Positions 49,990 through 63,485 are shown, counted from the stretch's first letter. The stretch: 64,000 nucleotides of DNA from Octopus bimaculoides (GCF_001194135.2 NC_068986.1:83407285-83471284), one strand, 5' to 3'. Made by a program: numbers and translations. Notes: generated from the letters alone by a model not told the origin.

Positions 49990-51860
49990 AAATAATTACA
50001 ACAGTATCAAATTGTTGTATCAGGTGATGAAAGTTACAGAGGAAGTCATAGCTTAACTAATTAGGGAGAGAGTTAGTCTAGATGAGATGCAGTTTGGTTT
50101 TGTGCCTGGTAGAAGCACCACTAATGCTATATTTCTGGTAAGGCAACTGCAGAAGAAATACCTAGCCAAAGATAAAACTCTGTACTTGGCTTTTGTTGAC
50201 TTGGAGAAAGCTTTTGACAGGGTTCCCCCTGATCCCTTATCTGGTGGTCAATGTGGAAACTAGGGATAGATGAGTGGTTGGTGTGAGTCGTACAAGCCTT
50301 GTACAGGGACGCTACCAGTAAGGTGAGGATGGGCAACGAGTACAACAAAGAATTCAAGGTACAAGTAGGGGTTCACCAAAGATTGGTGCTCAGCCCCCTC
50401 TTGTTCATCATAGTCCTCTGGGCAATAACAGGAATTCAAGACAGGCTGCCCCTGGGAGCTCCTCTATGCTGATGACCTTGCTCATAAAGCTGAATCACTA
50501 CCTGAACTAGAGAAGAAGTTCCAGGTAAGGAAACAAGTCTAGAATCAAAGGGCCTTAGAGTTAATCTAGCAAAAACCAAAGTCATAGCAAGTAGGAAGGC
50601 AGACAAATCACAAATCCCTTTAGGGAGATAGCCCTGCTCAATCTGTAGAAAAGATGTAGGTAGAAACTACATAAGATGCACCAGAGTAAGCTTTAGACAG
50701 ATAAAAGGTGCAGCAACATCAGAGGAAGGTTAACAGGGAAACAAACTTTTGTATGTGGAAGGTGCACAGGTACAATAAATGCTGAAAATGCACAGAAAAT
50801 AGACTCCGTCAACTGCCAGTGGGGCAAGCTAGAGGTTGTAGATAGCTTCTGTTATCTAAGTGACCAAATTAGTAGTGGAGGTGGATGCTCCGAGAGCACA
50901 GCTGTGAGAATAAGATTAGGCTGGACAAAGTTCAGAGAGCTCCTACCCCTGTTGGCAACAAAGGGCCTTTCTCTCAGAGTGAAAGGATGATTGTTTGATG
51001 CCTGTGTGTGAACAGCTATGCTGCATGGCAGTGAAACATGGGCTATGGCAGCTGAGGACATGCATAGGCTTGAAAGAAATAAAGCCAGTTTGCTTTACTG
51101 GATGTGCAATGTCAGTGTGCATGTTCAACAGAGTGTAAGCATCTTGAGAGAAAAGTTAGGCATATGAGGAATTAGATATGGTGTACAAGAGAGACCTCTG
51201 CGCTGGTATAGTCATGTGATGTGTATGGATGAGGACAGCTGTGTAAAGAAGCATCACTCTCTAACTGTGGAGGGAACCTATGGTAGAGGTAGACCCAGGA
51301 AGACATGGGATGAGGTGGTGAAGCATGATCTTTGAACTTTGAGCTTCACAGATGCAATGACTAGTGACCGAGACCTTTGGCAATGTGCTGTGCTTGAGAG
51401 GACCCATCAAGCCAAGTGCACCCATGTTGGTGGCATGTAAAGAACACCTTTCGAGCATTGGGCCTCACAGAGGCAAAGTGGTTGAGTTAATTTTGGGAAC
51501 TGGGCCTTACAAAGGCAATGACCAAGACCTTTGGCATTATGTCATGCTTGAGAAGAAGACCTATCAAACTGAGCAAAATTGCAGTCGTGGCAGATTCCGG
51601 TGTCATGCAAATTGGCACCTGTATTGGTGGCACATATACGCACCCCAGTGTCATGCAAATGGCACTCATGCTGGTGGCACATAAAAACATCCTTTACACT
51701 CTCGGAGTGGTTGGCATTAGGAAAGGCATCCAACCATAGAAAACCATGCCAAATCTCAGTGGAGTCTGGTGCAGCCTTTCAGTGTGCCAGCCCAGTCAAA
51801 CCATCCAACCCATGCCAGCATGGACATCGGACGTTAAATGATGCTGCTGATGATGATGAT
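49990..51860 (+). mobile_element. 5'-truncated, mutated RTE-clade LINE (RT domain, C-terminal region, 3' UTR, (ATG)n-type tail)
   Basis: Translates with stops and frameshifts to MQFGFVPGRSTTNAIF, FVDLEKAFDRVP, LSPLLF, YADD (50465-50476), LHGSETW, LRWYSHV, RGRPRKTW. Ends in CCAACCCATGCCAGCATGG...GACGTTAAATGATG. Confidence 0.92.
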
Positions 51861-52117
51861 CATCATTTAACATCCGTTTCCATGCTAGCATGGGTTGGAC
51901 AGTTTGACCAGAGCTGGCAAGCTGGAAAATTGCACCAAATTCCAGTCTGATTTGGCTTGGTTTCTAAAGCTGCATGCCCTTATTAATGCCAACCACTTTA
52001 CAGTGTGTGCAGGGTGATTTTAACGTGCCACTGGCATGAGTGCTTTTATGTGACACCAAAATGAGTGTCCTTTATGTGGCACCATCACAGGCTATATATA
52101 TTTATATAAATGTATAT

Positions 52118-52865
52118 AGGCACTGGCATGGCTGTGTGGTAAGAAGCTTGCTTCCCAACAACATGGTTTTGGGTTCATCCCACTGCATGGCATTTTGGGT
52201 ATGTGTCTTCTACTTTAGCTTTGGGTCAACCAAAGTCTTGTGAGTGGATTTGGTAGATGGAAGCTGAAAGAAGTCTGTCGCATATATATATGTGTGTGTG
52301 TATATATATATGTATATCTATTCACCAAATTCACTCACAAAGCATTGGTCAATTTGGGGCTATAACAAAAGTCACTTACCCAAAGTGGTGCAGAGTGGGA
52401 CTGAACCCAAAATCTTAAGCACACAATCATGGCTGCACCTATGTATTATACTTTTAATTTTTCTTCTCCATTTTCTTTTATTGACTTTATATAGGAAGGG
52501 CATCCAGGTGTAGAAACACTGCCAGATCAGATTGGGGCCTGGTGCAGCCTCCTGGCTTCCCAGATCCCAGTCGAGCCGTCCAACCCATGCCAGTATAGAA
52601 AACGAACGTTAAACGATGATGATGATGATGATGTGTGTGTGTGTCTTTATGTTTATGTATGTCTCCCACCACCATTTGACAATTGGTGTTGCTTTGTTTA
52701 CATTCCCATAGCTTACTGGTTTAGCAAAAGACACTAGTACAATTAGTATTAAACTTAAAAAAATAAATATGTACTGGGTTTAGTTTGCTTGACCAACCCC
52801 TTCAAGTCAGTGCTCCAGCATGACCACCATACAATGACTAAAACAAGTAAAAGAAAGATATACAT

Positions 52866-52900
<35 letters not shown>

Positions 52901-53045
52901 TGGTCTTTCTCACTCAATTTTCGTTCACCAAATTCACTCAGAAAGCATTGGTCAATTTGGGGCTACAGCAAAAGTCACTTACCCAAAGTGCTGCAGAATG
53001 GGACTAAACCCAAGACCTTAAGCACACAATAATGACTGTACCTAT
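52118..53045. mobile_element. Cluster of SINE family A fragments in both orientations plus an RTE-tail fragment (52495-52632)
   Basis: A 5' half (+) 52118-52280, A 5' half (-) 52318-52440, A 3' half (+) 52630-52860, A 5' half (-) 52900-53045; boundaries approximate. Confidence 0.75.
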
Positions 53046-53070
53046 GTATAATACTTTTACAAAAAATATT

Positions 53071-53292
53071 CCTTTTTTTTTTTGCTACTCTAGGCAGAAG
53101 GCCCGAAATTTTTGGGAAGGGGTCCAGTCAATTAGATCGACCCCAGTATGCAACTGGTACTTAATTTATTGACTCCAAAAGAATAAAATGCAAAGTCAAC
53201 CGCAGTGGAATTTGAACTCAGAATGTAAAGATAGACAAAATACCGCTAAGCATTTTGCCCTCCATGCTAATGTTTCTGCCAGTTTGCCGTCT
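53071..53292 (-). mobile_element. SINE family B
   Basis: ~19-bp TSD TACTTTTACAAAAAA(A)TATT (53052-53070 / 53293-53312). Confidence 0.85.
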
Positions 53293-53513
53293 TACTTTTA
53301 CAAAAAAATATTGAGTTATCCATTAGTTTAATGTAAAATTGTTTGCATTATAACTCAATAAAACCGTAATGTTTGTGTGTGTGCTTGTGTATACATACAT
53401 TCCTCATTCTCTTTTCTATTCTGTTATAACTTTTGCTACTAACAGGAATGTTTCTCCTACTTTTCTTACCATCTTTTCAACATCTTTCTTATTTTACACA
53501 AGCCATATTTTGA

Positions 53514-53514
<1 letters not shown>

Positions 53515-53603
<89 letters not shown>
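53515..53603. repeat. (TC)n microsatellite
   Basis: Direct inspection. Confidence 0.95.
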
Positions 53604-53606
<3 letters not shown>

Positions 53607-54239
53607 CACACACAAGCATACTTTCTTTCTCTCTCTCTAATATCTTCTGTGTATCTCTTTTTCTCTATATGCATTAGTATTATATATATATATATTTGTA
53701 TACATATTCATGTATTAATATGCATTTGAAACATATATATGAATGTATGCATGTATTCACACAGGCACAGACACACACACATCCTTCCACTACCACTGCA
53801 GTTTCTACTCTATCCACCCCTCAGCATATCACATACAGCCTTTTCTAAACCAATCTCTCCAACACCTACCAAACAAAGACCACAGTTGTTCTCCCATCAA
53901 TCTTACTCTGTTACTGATCTTATATTAGCTCCTGATGCATGCACTGAATAGCAGATATCAATATCTCTTCTCTCCCGTATGCTTTTTTCCCTTCTATACC
54001 TACTCTTTCTCCCATGCCACTGCTAAAATCTACATGATGTTAATAGAATTACATTCTTTCAGATAAATTCAATTACATATGCAAATGTTCTGGGTTTTCT
54101 GTCCATGCATGTGTTTTGCTGTATATCCAAGAAAACCAAGTATTTCAAACCCTTTATTCTATCTGATATCAAAATATTGGTTTGTATATATTCAAAAATA
54201 TACCATATCTGTTAAATCAGGTATGTTTTTTAATATTGC

Positions 54240-54610
54240 ATTTATATATGTATAGCTGTGTAGTTAAGAAGCTCATTATGCAGCCATGTAGCTTTGGGTA
54301 TAGTTCCACTTTGCGGCACCCTGGGCCTCATGCTGACCAGTGCCTTGTGAATTAATTTAGTCGATGAAAATTGTGTGGATGCCTGTCATATATGTCAAAA
54401 TGTGTGTGTGTGTGTGTGTGTGTCTGTGTTTGTGCCTGTCCCCCACCACCTGGCAATTGTTGATTCGTTTATGTCCCTGTAACTTAGAGCTTTGGCAAAA
54501 GAGACTGATATAATAAGTACCAGACTTAAAAGTAAGTACTGGGGTTAATTTATTTGACTGAACTCTTTAAGACAGTGCCCCAGCATGACCACTATCCACT
54601 GACTATAAGA
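54240..54610 (+). mobile_element. SINE family A, diverged copy
   Basis: Head, core and 3' half recognisable. Confidence 0.7.
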
Positions 54611-55329
54611 TTTTCAATGGCTGGATGCCCTTCCTATTGTTAAACCCCACCTGTTTCCAAGCATACTCTCACAGAATATTAGAAATGAACGATACTGCTT
54701 GTTTTGACAGCAACAATCATTTACAGCTATCATGTCATGACAAGACAAGTAAAAGATGAAAGATATCAGAAGTTTCTTTTCTGAAAACATAGTTATTTAT
54801 AGTTTATAATACAAAGGTTTATCTTTCTGCACTTGTTGCATTGAAAGTCTCTTTATAAAACATGTTTTGCTATTGGCAAACACTTAGTATTAGTTGAAAA
54901 TGTACTATGACATACATAATTTATTTATACTTCCATCCATGTGTATGCATATTCATGTATGTATGCATGTATATGTGAATTATGCTGCATAAAACATGTA
55001 GTTTATTCAATTCCACGTAAGAAAGTTATTTCTAAACTCGTTTTCAAATAACTTTTGGTGTTAAAACCCCTAGGGAGAACATGCTGATCTAATAATAAAA
55101 AGATCACGATTATTGACCTAGTTTTGTTTCATTTGCTTTAGTTCAGATAGAACAGTATTTAACTTTTTCTGTATTCACCCCTTTCCTCCCAATTTCACCA
55201 GTTTATCATTTCAATTTCTTCACTTCTACATATGATAAAGAAAAAAGTAAATGTGTATACAACACAATATGTTACATAACATTAATAATAGTTCTTTTAT
55301 TATTTCAGTTTTAACATCTTAAAAAAATT

Positions 55330-56290
55330 TACAGGCACAGGCATAGCTGTGTGATTAAGCAGCTCACTTTACAAGCACATGATTTCAGATTCACTCTCAC
55401 CCTGTGGCACTTTGGGCAAGTGTCTTCTACTATAGTCCCAGATTGACCAATGCCTTGTTTGTGAATTTGGAAGACAGAAACTCTGTAGAAGTCTGTATTA
55501 TATATATATATTCTTTTATTCTTTTGTTTGTTTCAGCTATTTGATTGCTGGACCACTGCCTTTAGTTGAAAAAATCAACCCCAGGACTTATTCTTTGCAA
55601 GCTTAGTACTTATTCCATTGGTCTCTTTTGCTGAACCGCAGGGACGTAAACACACCAACATCAGTTGTCAAGCGATGGTGGGGGACAAACACAGACACAC
55701 AAACACATGCACACACACACATATATATATATATGATGGGCTTCTATCAGTTTCCATCTACTAAATCCACTCACAAGGCTTTGGTCAGCCCAAGGCTATA
55801 ATAGAAGACACATACCCAAGGTGCCATGCAGTGGGACTGAACCCAGAACCATGTGGTTAAGAAACAAGCTTCTCACCACACAGCCACTCCTAGGACCATT
55901 TGTAGAAATACCGGAGAAGCACACTCTAAGATGTAGAGCAGTTAATATTATAGTGGGGTAGGCCGGTTTATGTGGCACCTTGGGCAAGTGTCTTCTACTA
56001 TAGCCTTGGGCCAACCAAAGCCTTGTGAGTGGATTTGGTCAACAGAAACTGAAAGAAGCCCATCGTATATATAAATGTATGTGTGTGTTTGTTATCTGTA
56101 CCTGTGTTTGTGCCCACACTATCACTTGACAACCGATGTGGGTATTTTACATCCCCGTCATTTAGCGTTCGGCAAAGGAGACCGACAGAATAAGTAATAG
56201 GCTTACAAACAATAAGTCCTAGGGACGATTAGTTCAACTAAAGACGGTGCTCCAGCATGGCCTTAGTCAAATGACTGAAACAAGAATGAA
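55330..56290. mobile_element. Three SINE family A copies: (+) 55330-55500, (-) 55510-55890, (+) 55970-56290
   Basis: Core motif GGCAC.TTGGGCAAGTGTCTTCTACTATAG and 3' ends seen in the stated orientations. Confidence 0.8.
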
Positions 56291-56638
56291 AGATATATAT
56301 ATACATATATATATATATGCAGATATATATACACAAACATACTTGTGTGTATGTGAGTGTATATGTGCATATGTATACATGTATATGTATATATATNNNN
56401 NNNNNNNNNNNNNNNNNNNNNNNNNNNNNNNNNNNNNNNNNNNNNNNNNNNNNNNNNNNNNNNNNNNNNNNNNNNNNNNNNNNNNNNNNNNNNNNNNNNN
56501 NNNNNNNNNNNNNNNNNNNNNNNNNNNNNNNNNNNNNNNNNNNNNNNNNNNNNNNNNNNNNNNNNNNNNNNNNNNNNNNNNNNNNNNTATATAAATAATA
56601 TATATACGTATATGTACATCTATCTATCTATCTATCTA

Positions 56639-56676
<38 letters not shown>

Positions 56677-56679
56677 CAT

Positions 56680-57200
56680 ATGTGGGCACAGGATGTCATG
56701 AAACATGTACAATAAAAAAATATGAAACACAAGTACATGAACTATTCTTTCGAGTAACGAAAGACGCAAATAGAAAACAAAACAAACAACATAAAGAATG
56801 ACTCTTCATCTGTTGTTGGCTGTTTATCTAGTCTCGTATTTTGAGCATTTAACAACAAGATATGCTTTCGATAAAACAGTTGTTCCTGCAAAGCAAATTA
56901 AATAAAATTTGGGATTTTGCAGAGGGTTCAAATTAGTAACACAAACAGGACAGTGAAAACAAACAAGAAGGGCTGCTAAGCCTAAATGAGGTTGTGGTGG
57001 GGAATATGTAAATACCACTAGGACAGGAGACAAGCAAAAAGACGTCTTCCTTGTTCCAGCTACAATGGAGAGAAAGAAAGAAAAATGGTTGATGGTCATG
57101 TGGGAGCCACATCAGCAAGGGAGGAGAAGTGAGGGAGAGAGAGTGACAGAGTAATAGGATAGAATAGTGAGAGAAGAGGAGGTAAAAGAATAAGAGAGAA
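56680..57200 (+). repeat. Interspersed repeat family F; inverted diverged copy at ~58700-59250 and partial direct repeat at ~57340-57445
   Basis: GCATATGTGGGCACAGGATGTCA..ACAAGTACATGAACTATTCTTTCGA occurs twice. The reverse complement of GTGACGTCTTGTACCCATATATGCAT and of AATCCCAAATTTTATTT match this region. Confidence 0.65.
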
Positions 57201-57454
57201 AAAGAGTAAAAAGATTGTATAGAGTGTGCATCAGAATTATTAAGATAACACTTACTTGGAAGAGGATGCGTGGCATTCAATCATATAATAATATAAATTA
57301 TATATATGCATATATACATACGTATATGTACATACATCTATACATATATATACATATATGCATATGTGGGCACAGGATGTCACAAAAGGTGTACAACAAA
57401 AAAGTACGATGCACAAGTACATGAACTATTCTTTCGAACAAGTATGTATATATG

Positions 57455-57672
57455 TAAACGCATCTGGTGTCACGCATATGGCACCTGTGCCGGTGGCACG
57501 TGAAAGCACCCATTACACGCTAGAGTTTTGGCATTAGAAAGGGCTTCAGCCATAGAAAGCTATGCCAAATCAGACTGAAGTTTGGTGCAGCCTTCCAGCG
57601 TGCCAGCCAAGTCAAACCGTCCAACCCATGCCAGCATGGACAATGGACATTAAATGATAATGATGATGATGA
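57455..57672 (+). mobile_element. Family C / RTE 3' fragment
   Basis: Conserved 3' terminus and (ATG)n tail. Confidence 0.8.
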
Positions 57673-57677
57673 TTATA

Positions 57678-57746
<69 letters not shown>

Positions 57747-57856
57747 GCAATTATGCGGATAAACAAATCAAATATATTATATGAATATATGTAAAATGAG
57801 AGAAAGCAAAGAGGGAAGACTTTCAGATGATGAATATTTAAGTATAGGTATATCTC

Positions 57857-58242
57857 TCTCTTTTACTTGTTTCAGTCATTTGACTGTGGCCATGCTGGAG
57901 CACTGCCTTTAGTCGAACAAATCGACCCTGGGACTTATTCTTTGTAAGCCTAGTACTTATTATATCGATCTCTTTTGCCGAACCGCTAAGTGATGGGGAC
58001 ATAAACACACCAACATCGGTTGTCAAGCAATACTAGGGGGACAAACACAGACACACACACACATATATATACATATATACAACGGGCTTCTTTCAGTTTC
58101 CGTCTACCAAATCCACTCACAAGGCTTTCGTCAGCCCGAGGCTATAGTAGAAGACACTTGCCCAAGATGCCACGCAGTGGGACTGAAACCGGAACCATGT
58201 GGTTGGTAAGCAAGCTACTTACCACACAGCCACTCCTGCGCC
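57857..58242 (-). mobile_element. SINE family A, full-length young copy
   Basis: Near-identical reverse complement of 48665-49078. Confidence 0.92.
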
Positions 58243-58257
58243 TATATAGATATTTAT

Positions 58258-58464
58258 ATTGGTTTCAAATGTTGGCACAAGGCCAGCAATTTCGGTGGAT
58301 GGGGTAAGTCGATTACATCGGCTCCACTGGTACTTATTTTATCGACCTCGAAAGGATGAAAGGCCAAATCAACCTTGGCAGAATTTGAACTCAGAACGTA
58401 AAGACTCATGAAATGCCACTAAGTATTTTGCCCTGAGTGCAACGATTCTGCCAGCTTGCTGCCT
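58258..58464 (-). mobile_element. SINE family B
   Basis: Perfect 13-bp TSD TATAGATATTTAT (58245-58257 / 58465-58477). Confidence 0.88.
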
Positions 58465-59579
58465 TATAGATATTTATGTTAACAGATCAACTTACACAGA
58501 CTACAAACAACAGAAGAAATTAAAGGAGAGGAAGTAAGGTGTTATAAGTCCAAAAGCTGTTTCTGTGTATATATGTGTATGTATATGTATATATAAGTAT
58601 GTATAATGCCACGCATCCATTTCCAAGTAAGTTTATCTTAATCTTTTTGATGCGACTCTACCGTATACCATTCTCTACCCTATCATTTTCTCTCTCATCC
58701 TTTCTCTAACTCCTTTTTTCTCCCCTTCGCCGTTTTCTATCTGTCTCTCTTTCTCTCTCCCTCTTTCTCCTTTACTCTCTCTCATTGCTCACACGTGACT
58801 ATTGTCCATCTTTCTTTTCTTTCAGGGCTGTTCTTGAGGCTGGATGTATCCTATCTATCTCTCTCTTCCATCTTTTCTCTTGTCAAAGAAAATATTTCTC
58901 TAGCATTTGCTATTTTACCTTCACCTGGTCTAACAACCCTCCATGTTTGTTTTCGTTTGGTTTCCTTGTATGTCTCCACTGTCCTGTTTTTGTTACCAAC
59001 TTTGACACTCCGTAAATCCCAAATTTTATTTTGGCTTTTGTGGGAGTAATTGCCTTCGAAGACTCATATTGTCATTCAATACTCGAAACAAGGAGTAGAT
59101 AGGCAGCTAACAACTGACGAAGGGTCGTTCTTTATGTTACTTGTCCTGTTTTCCATTTGTTTCTCTTGTTATTTGCGTATTCAACTCATTTGTTTTCGTA
59201 TTTCATGTTGTTTACTGTTTGTGACGTCTTGTACCCATATATGCATGTATATATATATATACACACACACACACAAGACACATAAAGATGCACACACACA
59301 CACACACATAAATACAGGCATAAATACATGTACAGATAAGGATACACATCGTAGGAAGACAGAATGGACTAAACAGAATAAGAGGATATATGTGCAATAG
59401 AAGAGTCCTTGAAGATGTCACAGATGTGTGATGGAAAGATTTCCAGACAATAAACAAACAATAACATAAGAACAATAATAAATGAGTGAGCAATGAATAT
59501 ATAGTGCGTGTGTTTATTTGGCCAGGAAAAAAAATGACCATCCCGAAACATAATATCTTTCACTGTCTCTCTCTCTCTC

Positions 59580-59616
<37 letters not shown>

Positions 59617-60807
59617 ATCAATAACTATCTATCTTTATACACACACCAACACCCACACAAAACTAAATAGACATCTGTCATTAAACCATTTTATCTGTGC
59701 AGATATTAGTCATTAGTGTGATGTTGAAACAGGTTAAATCATTCAAATGTGCATAAGCCATGTTTACTAAATACGAGATTAAGTATTTAAATGCATCAAA
59801 AAAGATTATTTTGTTTCTAGAAGTAAATCTTACAAAAATGATGGTGTCTATTTACTTTTGAGATGTCTGTGTATGTATGTATGACCTCGATTTTGTGACT
59901 GCTATTAATTTTGTCTTTAGGTTCTAATTGCTAATAAGCCAACCATTTTAATTTGCTATATATATATATATATATATATATAAATTTGACAATGGCGATT
60001 CTTTCTTGTCTTGGGATTCATGGTCAAATGGCTGGGTGGAATTGCGCGAAAAATTACACAGATATATAGAACAATCCGGTGGTGTTGCTGGGCTTTGTAT
60101 TTTTTTCATAGTCCCCATGGTTACTGAGATAATCTACTATAATAATACTCTTGTGTTTATGAATGAGAAAGGAAAGGGTGATAAATGAATAATGAAGGGG
60201 TAATGTCATACTTGGTAGTGGGATGATGAAAATTGTACACTGAGAAAAATAAATCAAACAGTGTTTTAACTCTTTGTGAATATATGTGTGGGTATGTGAA
60301 TGTGTGTGTATGGTGTGCGCGTGTGTGTTTGTGTGTGTGTGTGCATGTGCAATGGAAGTGGGATGATTCATCTTTGTTCACTTAGTATTTGGGCTTATTT
60401 TTGATTTGGTTGAATCTTGGTTGTTTTTTTTTTTGTTGGTCAGCTATTTTTAGCTTTTTGAAAGAAAAATGTTCTAAAATTGTTTTTAACATAAGCGTGC
60501 CCAAACAATTTGAATGCTTACACAGAGCAGGTTTTACAGTCACAATCTACTAACACAAGTTGGAATTACCATGTTTTCAGAACTCAAGAAAAGGACCACG
60601 TGCGCATGCAAGAAATAACAGTAAACTATGAATGTCTTTCTTAATTTTAATTTCAATTTTATTTTATTAATAGCCCTTTTCTCTTCTCACATATTTTATA
60701 TTCATTTTTGATAAGGTTTTTCAAAAAAACCGAAACGTGTAAATCAATTAAAATACCTCAAAAATGTTTTTAAAAAGTGGCATTTTCATTTCTATTCATC
60801 TTCAATA

Positions 60808-60859
<52 letters not shown>

Positions 60860-61786
60860 TATATATATATACACACACATATATATATATACATATATAT
60901 ATTCTTTTACTTGTTTCAGCCAGTTGACTGTGGCCACGTTGGAGCACTTTTACATGGCACTGGCACATACATACACACTCCCTCATATACATATATATTA
61001 TAAATACATTATAATATGCAAGTGGGCGTGTGTATGTGTCTTTGTATTTGCACCCCACCCTACTGCTTGATGACTGGTATTGGTCTTTTTTTTTTTTTTC
61101 ACATTCCTATAACTTAGCATTTCAGCAAAAGTGATCAATAGAATATGTATCAGACTTAAAAAATGATTGCTGATTTGTTTGACTGAACCTTTCAAAGTAA
61201 TGTCCTGGCATAGCTGCAGACCAATGTCTGAAACAAGTAAAAGATAAGAGATTACAACTCAATCAGAAATTGAGAGTCCAACGCATGGCAAATAGAAGAT
61301 ACTTCAATAACACCTTTCCAGAATTTGTTGTAACATTTCCATCCACTGTAAAGTATTTAATTATTGCTACACTGTCACATCACCAAAGATTGGATCTTTG
61401 AATTCACTTGTGCTACATTTATTTCCCTTAATTCCTGCCTTGGCTCTCCTTTGCTGTCTTGCCTTATATGAAAGCACATTTTTTACAAACTCATGAAAGA
61501 ATACATATAAAATGCACTGTAAGTAAGAGGTACTTTTAGCTTCAATCAACCAAATGTAGATTTGTCTTGATGATCAAGGGTATTACAGTCAAGATCATCT
61601 AGTCTTATTCTTAGGTATAATGCGCCTAGCACTACATTATTTAATGCCTTTTTTTTAAAGACATTATTATGTGATTTGATGGAGATTTGGTTGCTAGCTG
61701 TAGCATGTTAAGCATTGGCTTATTGGCAGTTGTTGATGTATTAGGAAATATCTCGTTTAGCATGTGAAGCAACTCTATTTGATATA

Positions 61787-63045
61787 TTGGGTCATCCTAT
61801 AAATAATGCGGTTCTTTTATACTTCTTTTATTTTTTAAAATTAAGATAAACAAAGTTCTTTTTTAATCTAAAATATACTCTCCTTCATTTTCTACAATGC
61901 TCTTCCATCTATCTGGTAGACTTGCAAGGCCCCTCTTCCAAAATTCACTTGTCTATGATAAAAAATACTCCTCCAGTACTGTTCTGACCTTGTCTACAGG
62001 ATTCATATTTTTTCCATTCAAATGATTTTGAAGACTGTGGAATAAATGATAATCAGCAAATATGGAGGGTGGGGCATCGTTTCCCACTCAAACTGCTCTA
62101 ACCTTTCAAATGTTATCTTCGCTGTATGTGGCTGAGCATTATCCTGATGGGAGAACACCTTTCATCTTGAAACCAAAGATGATTGTTTTTCTTCTAGCAC
62201 TGACTCAAGCCACTCAAGCTGCTCACAGTAGATCTCCTTTGTTATCATTTGGTTTGGGTTTAAAAGTTCAAAGTGGACTAAACCTTTCATATCCCACCAA
62301 ATAGGTAACAACATCTTACGTGGGTGAAAACCTTCTTTAGCCTCTGGTGCTGGTGTTTCTCCTCTCCCTATCCACTGTTTTCGGTGCTTGACATTTTTAT
62401 AGAGAACCCATTTCTTGTCACCAGTCACTATTCAGTCCCAAAAAGGTTCATTCATGAGACATGACAGCAAAGAAGAGCACAAATTTACTCTCTGCATGCG
62501 ATTAGACTTGGAAAGTTTGTGAGGAACTCATTGACCCAATTTGCTGGCTTTTCTGACGTCATGCAGGTGTCGATGAATGGGCGATGAAATCCAAGCTTCT
62601 CTGCTAGTTCCTCAACAGTTACAATGGGATTTTGTTCCACCAGGGTTTACAAGACATTCTCATCGAGCTCTACAGATCTTCCAAGATGAGGCTCATCTAG
62701 GTTGTATTTCCAGCTTGGAATTTCTGGAACCACCGTTGACACTGGCTTACACTTATTGTCCAATCCCCATATACTGCATTAATATTCCTCACACTTTCCA
62801 TTGCGTTATTACCTTTATTGAACTCATAAAGTAAAATATGCCAAATATGCTCCTTTGTCACTTCCATTTATAGCTTTGAAAAAATAACTGTTAAAATCAA
62901 TTTGCACTCTTCAAAACTTGCACTAAGAATAAGTTAAATTTATTACCTGCCTTTATAGCAAGTTGATGCAGGTAGTTTATCCTGTCCCACACCAACTTTT
63001 AGTTCATGCAATTGAAAAAACTGCATTATTTATGGGATGACCCAA
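61787..63045 (-). mobile_element. Decayed full-length mariner transposon (different subfamily)
   Basis: TA|TTGGGTCATCCTATAAATAATGCGGTT and AACTGCATTATTTATGGGATGACCCAA|TA TIRs (2 mismatches). Minus-strand ORF 62162-62428 reads TGDKKWVLY...HPRKMLLPIWWDMKGLVHFELL. Confidence 0.92.
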
Positions 63046-63485
63046 TAATTGAAAATCTAACATTTGACTGCTGTTTGCAATATTAAAGTAATAGCTTAGA
63101 GATTCCTGCTATCATACTAATTGATATATTTGAAAATCTCTCACTTAACTGTTATTTCTAGCTTGTAAATCAACAACTCAACAGCTCAGATGTTCATCCT
63201 ATTAAGTCTAGGATATGGAAATCACTCCTCATATTTCGTTACTATGTTTTACTGGTATTCAAAGTTGGTCTGATCAGTTTTGATAATAAATATCTTTTAT
63301 ACGAAGCTGTCTTATATTACAGCATCATAAGTCTAGATGATGGATATCTTGTAATGAAGATAGGGTTTCAGTCTTTAGTTCCATCAAGAAGTTTCTTCAG
63401 TTACCATTTCACAGTGTCTTTGCACTTATTCTGAAACAGAGCCAAATTTCCTTCTTATTCTTCAGTTTCCATTTATTTACATCAA

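Noticed and set aside
60006-60188. Non-repetitive 60-aa ORF downstream of the gene
   Set aside because: No recognisable domain, near-cognate start and no convincing splice partners.
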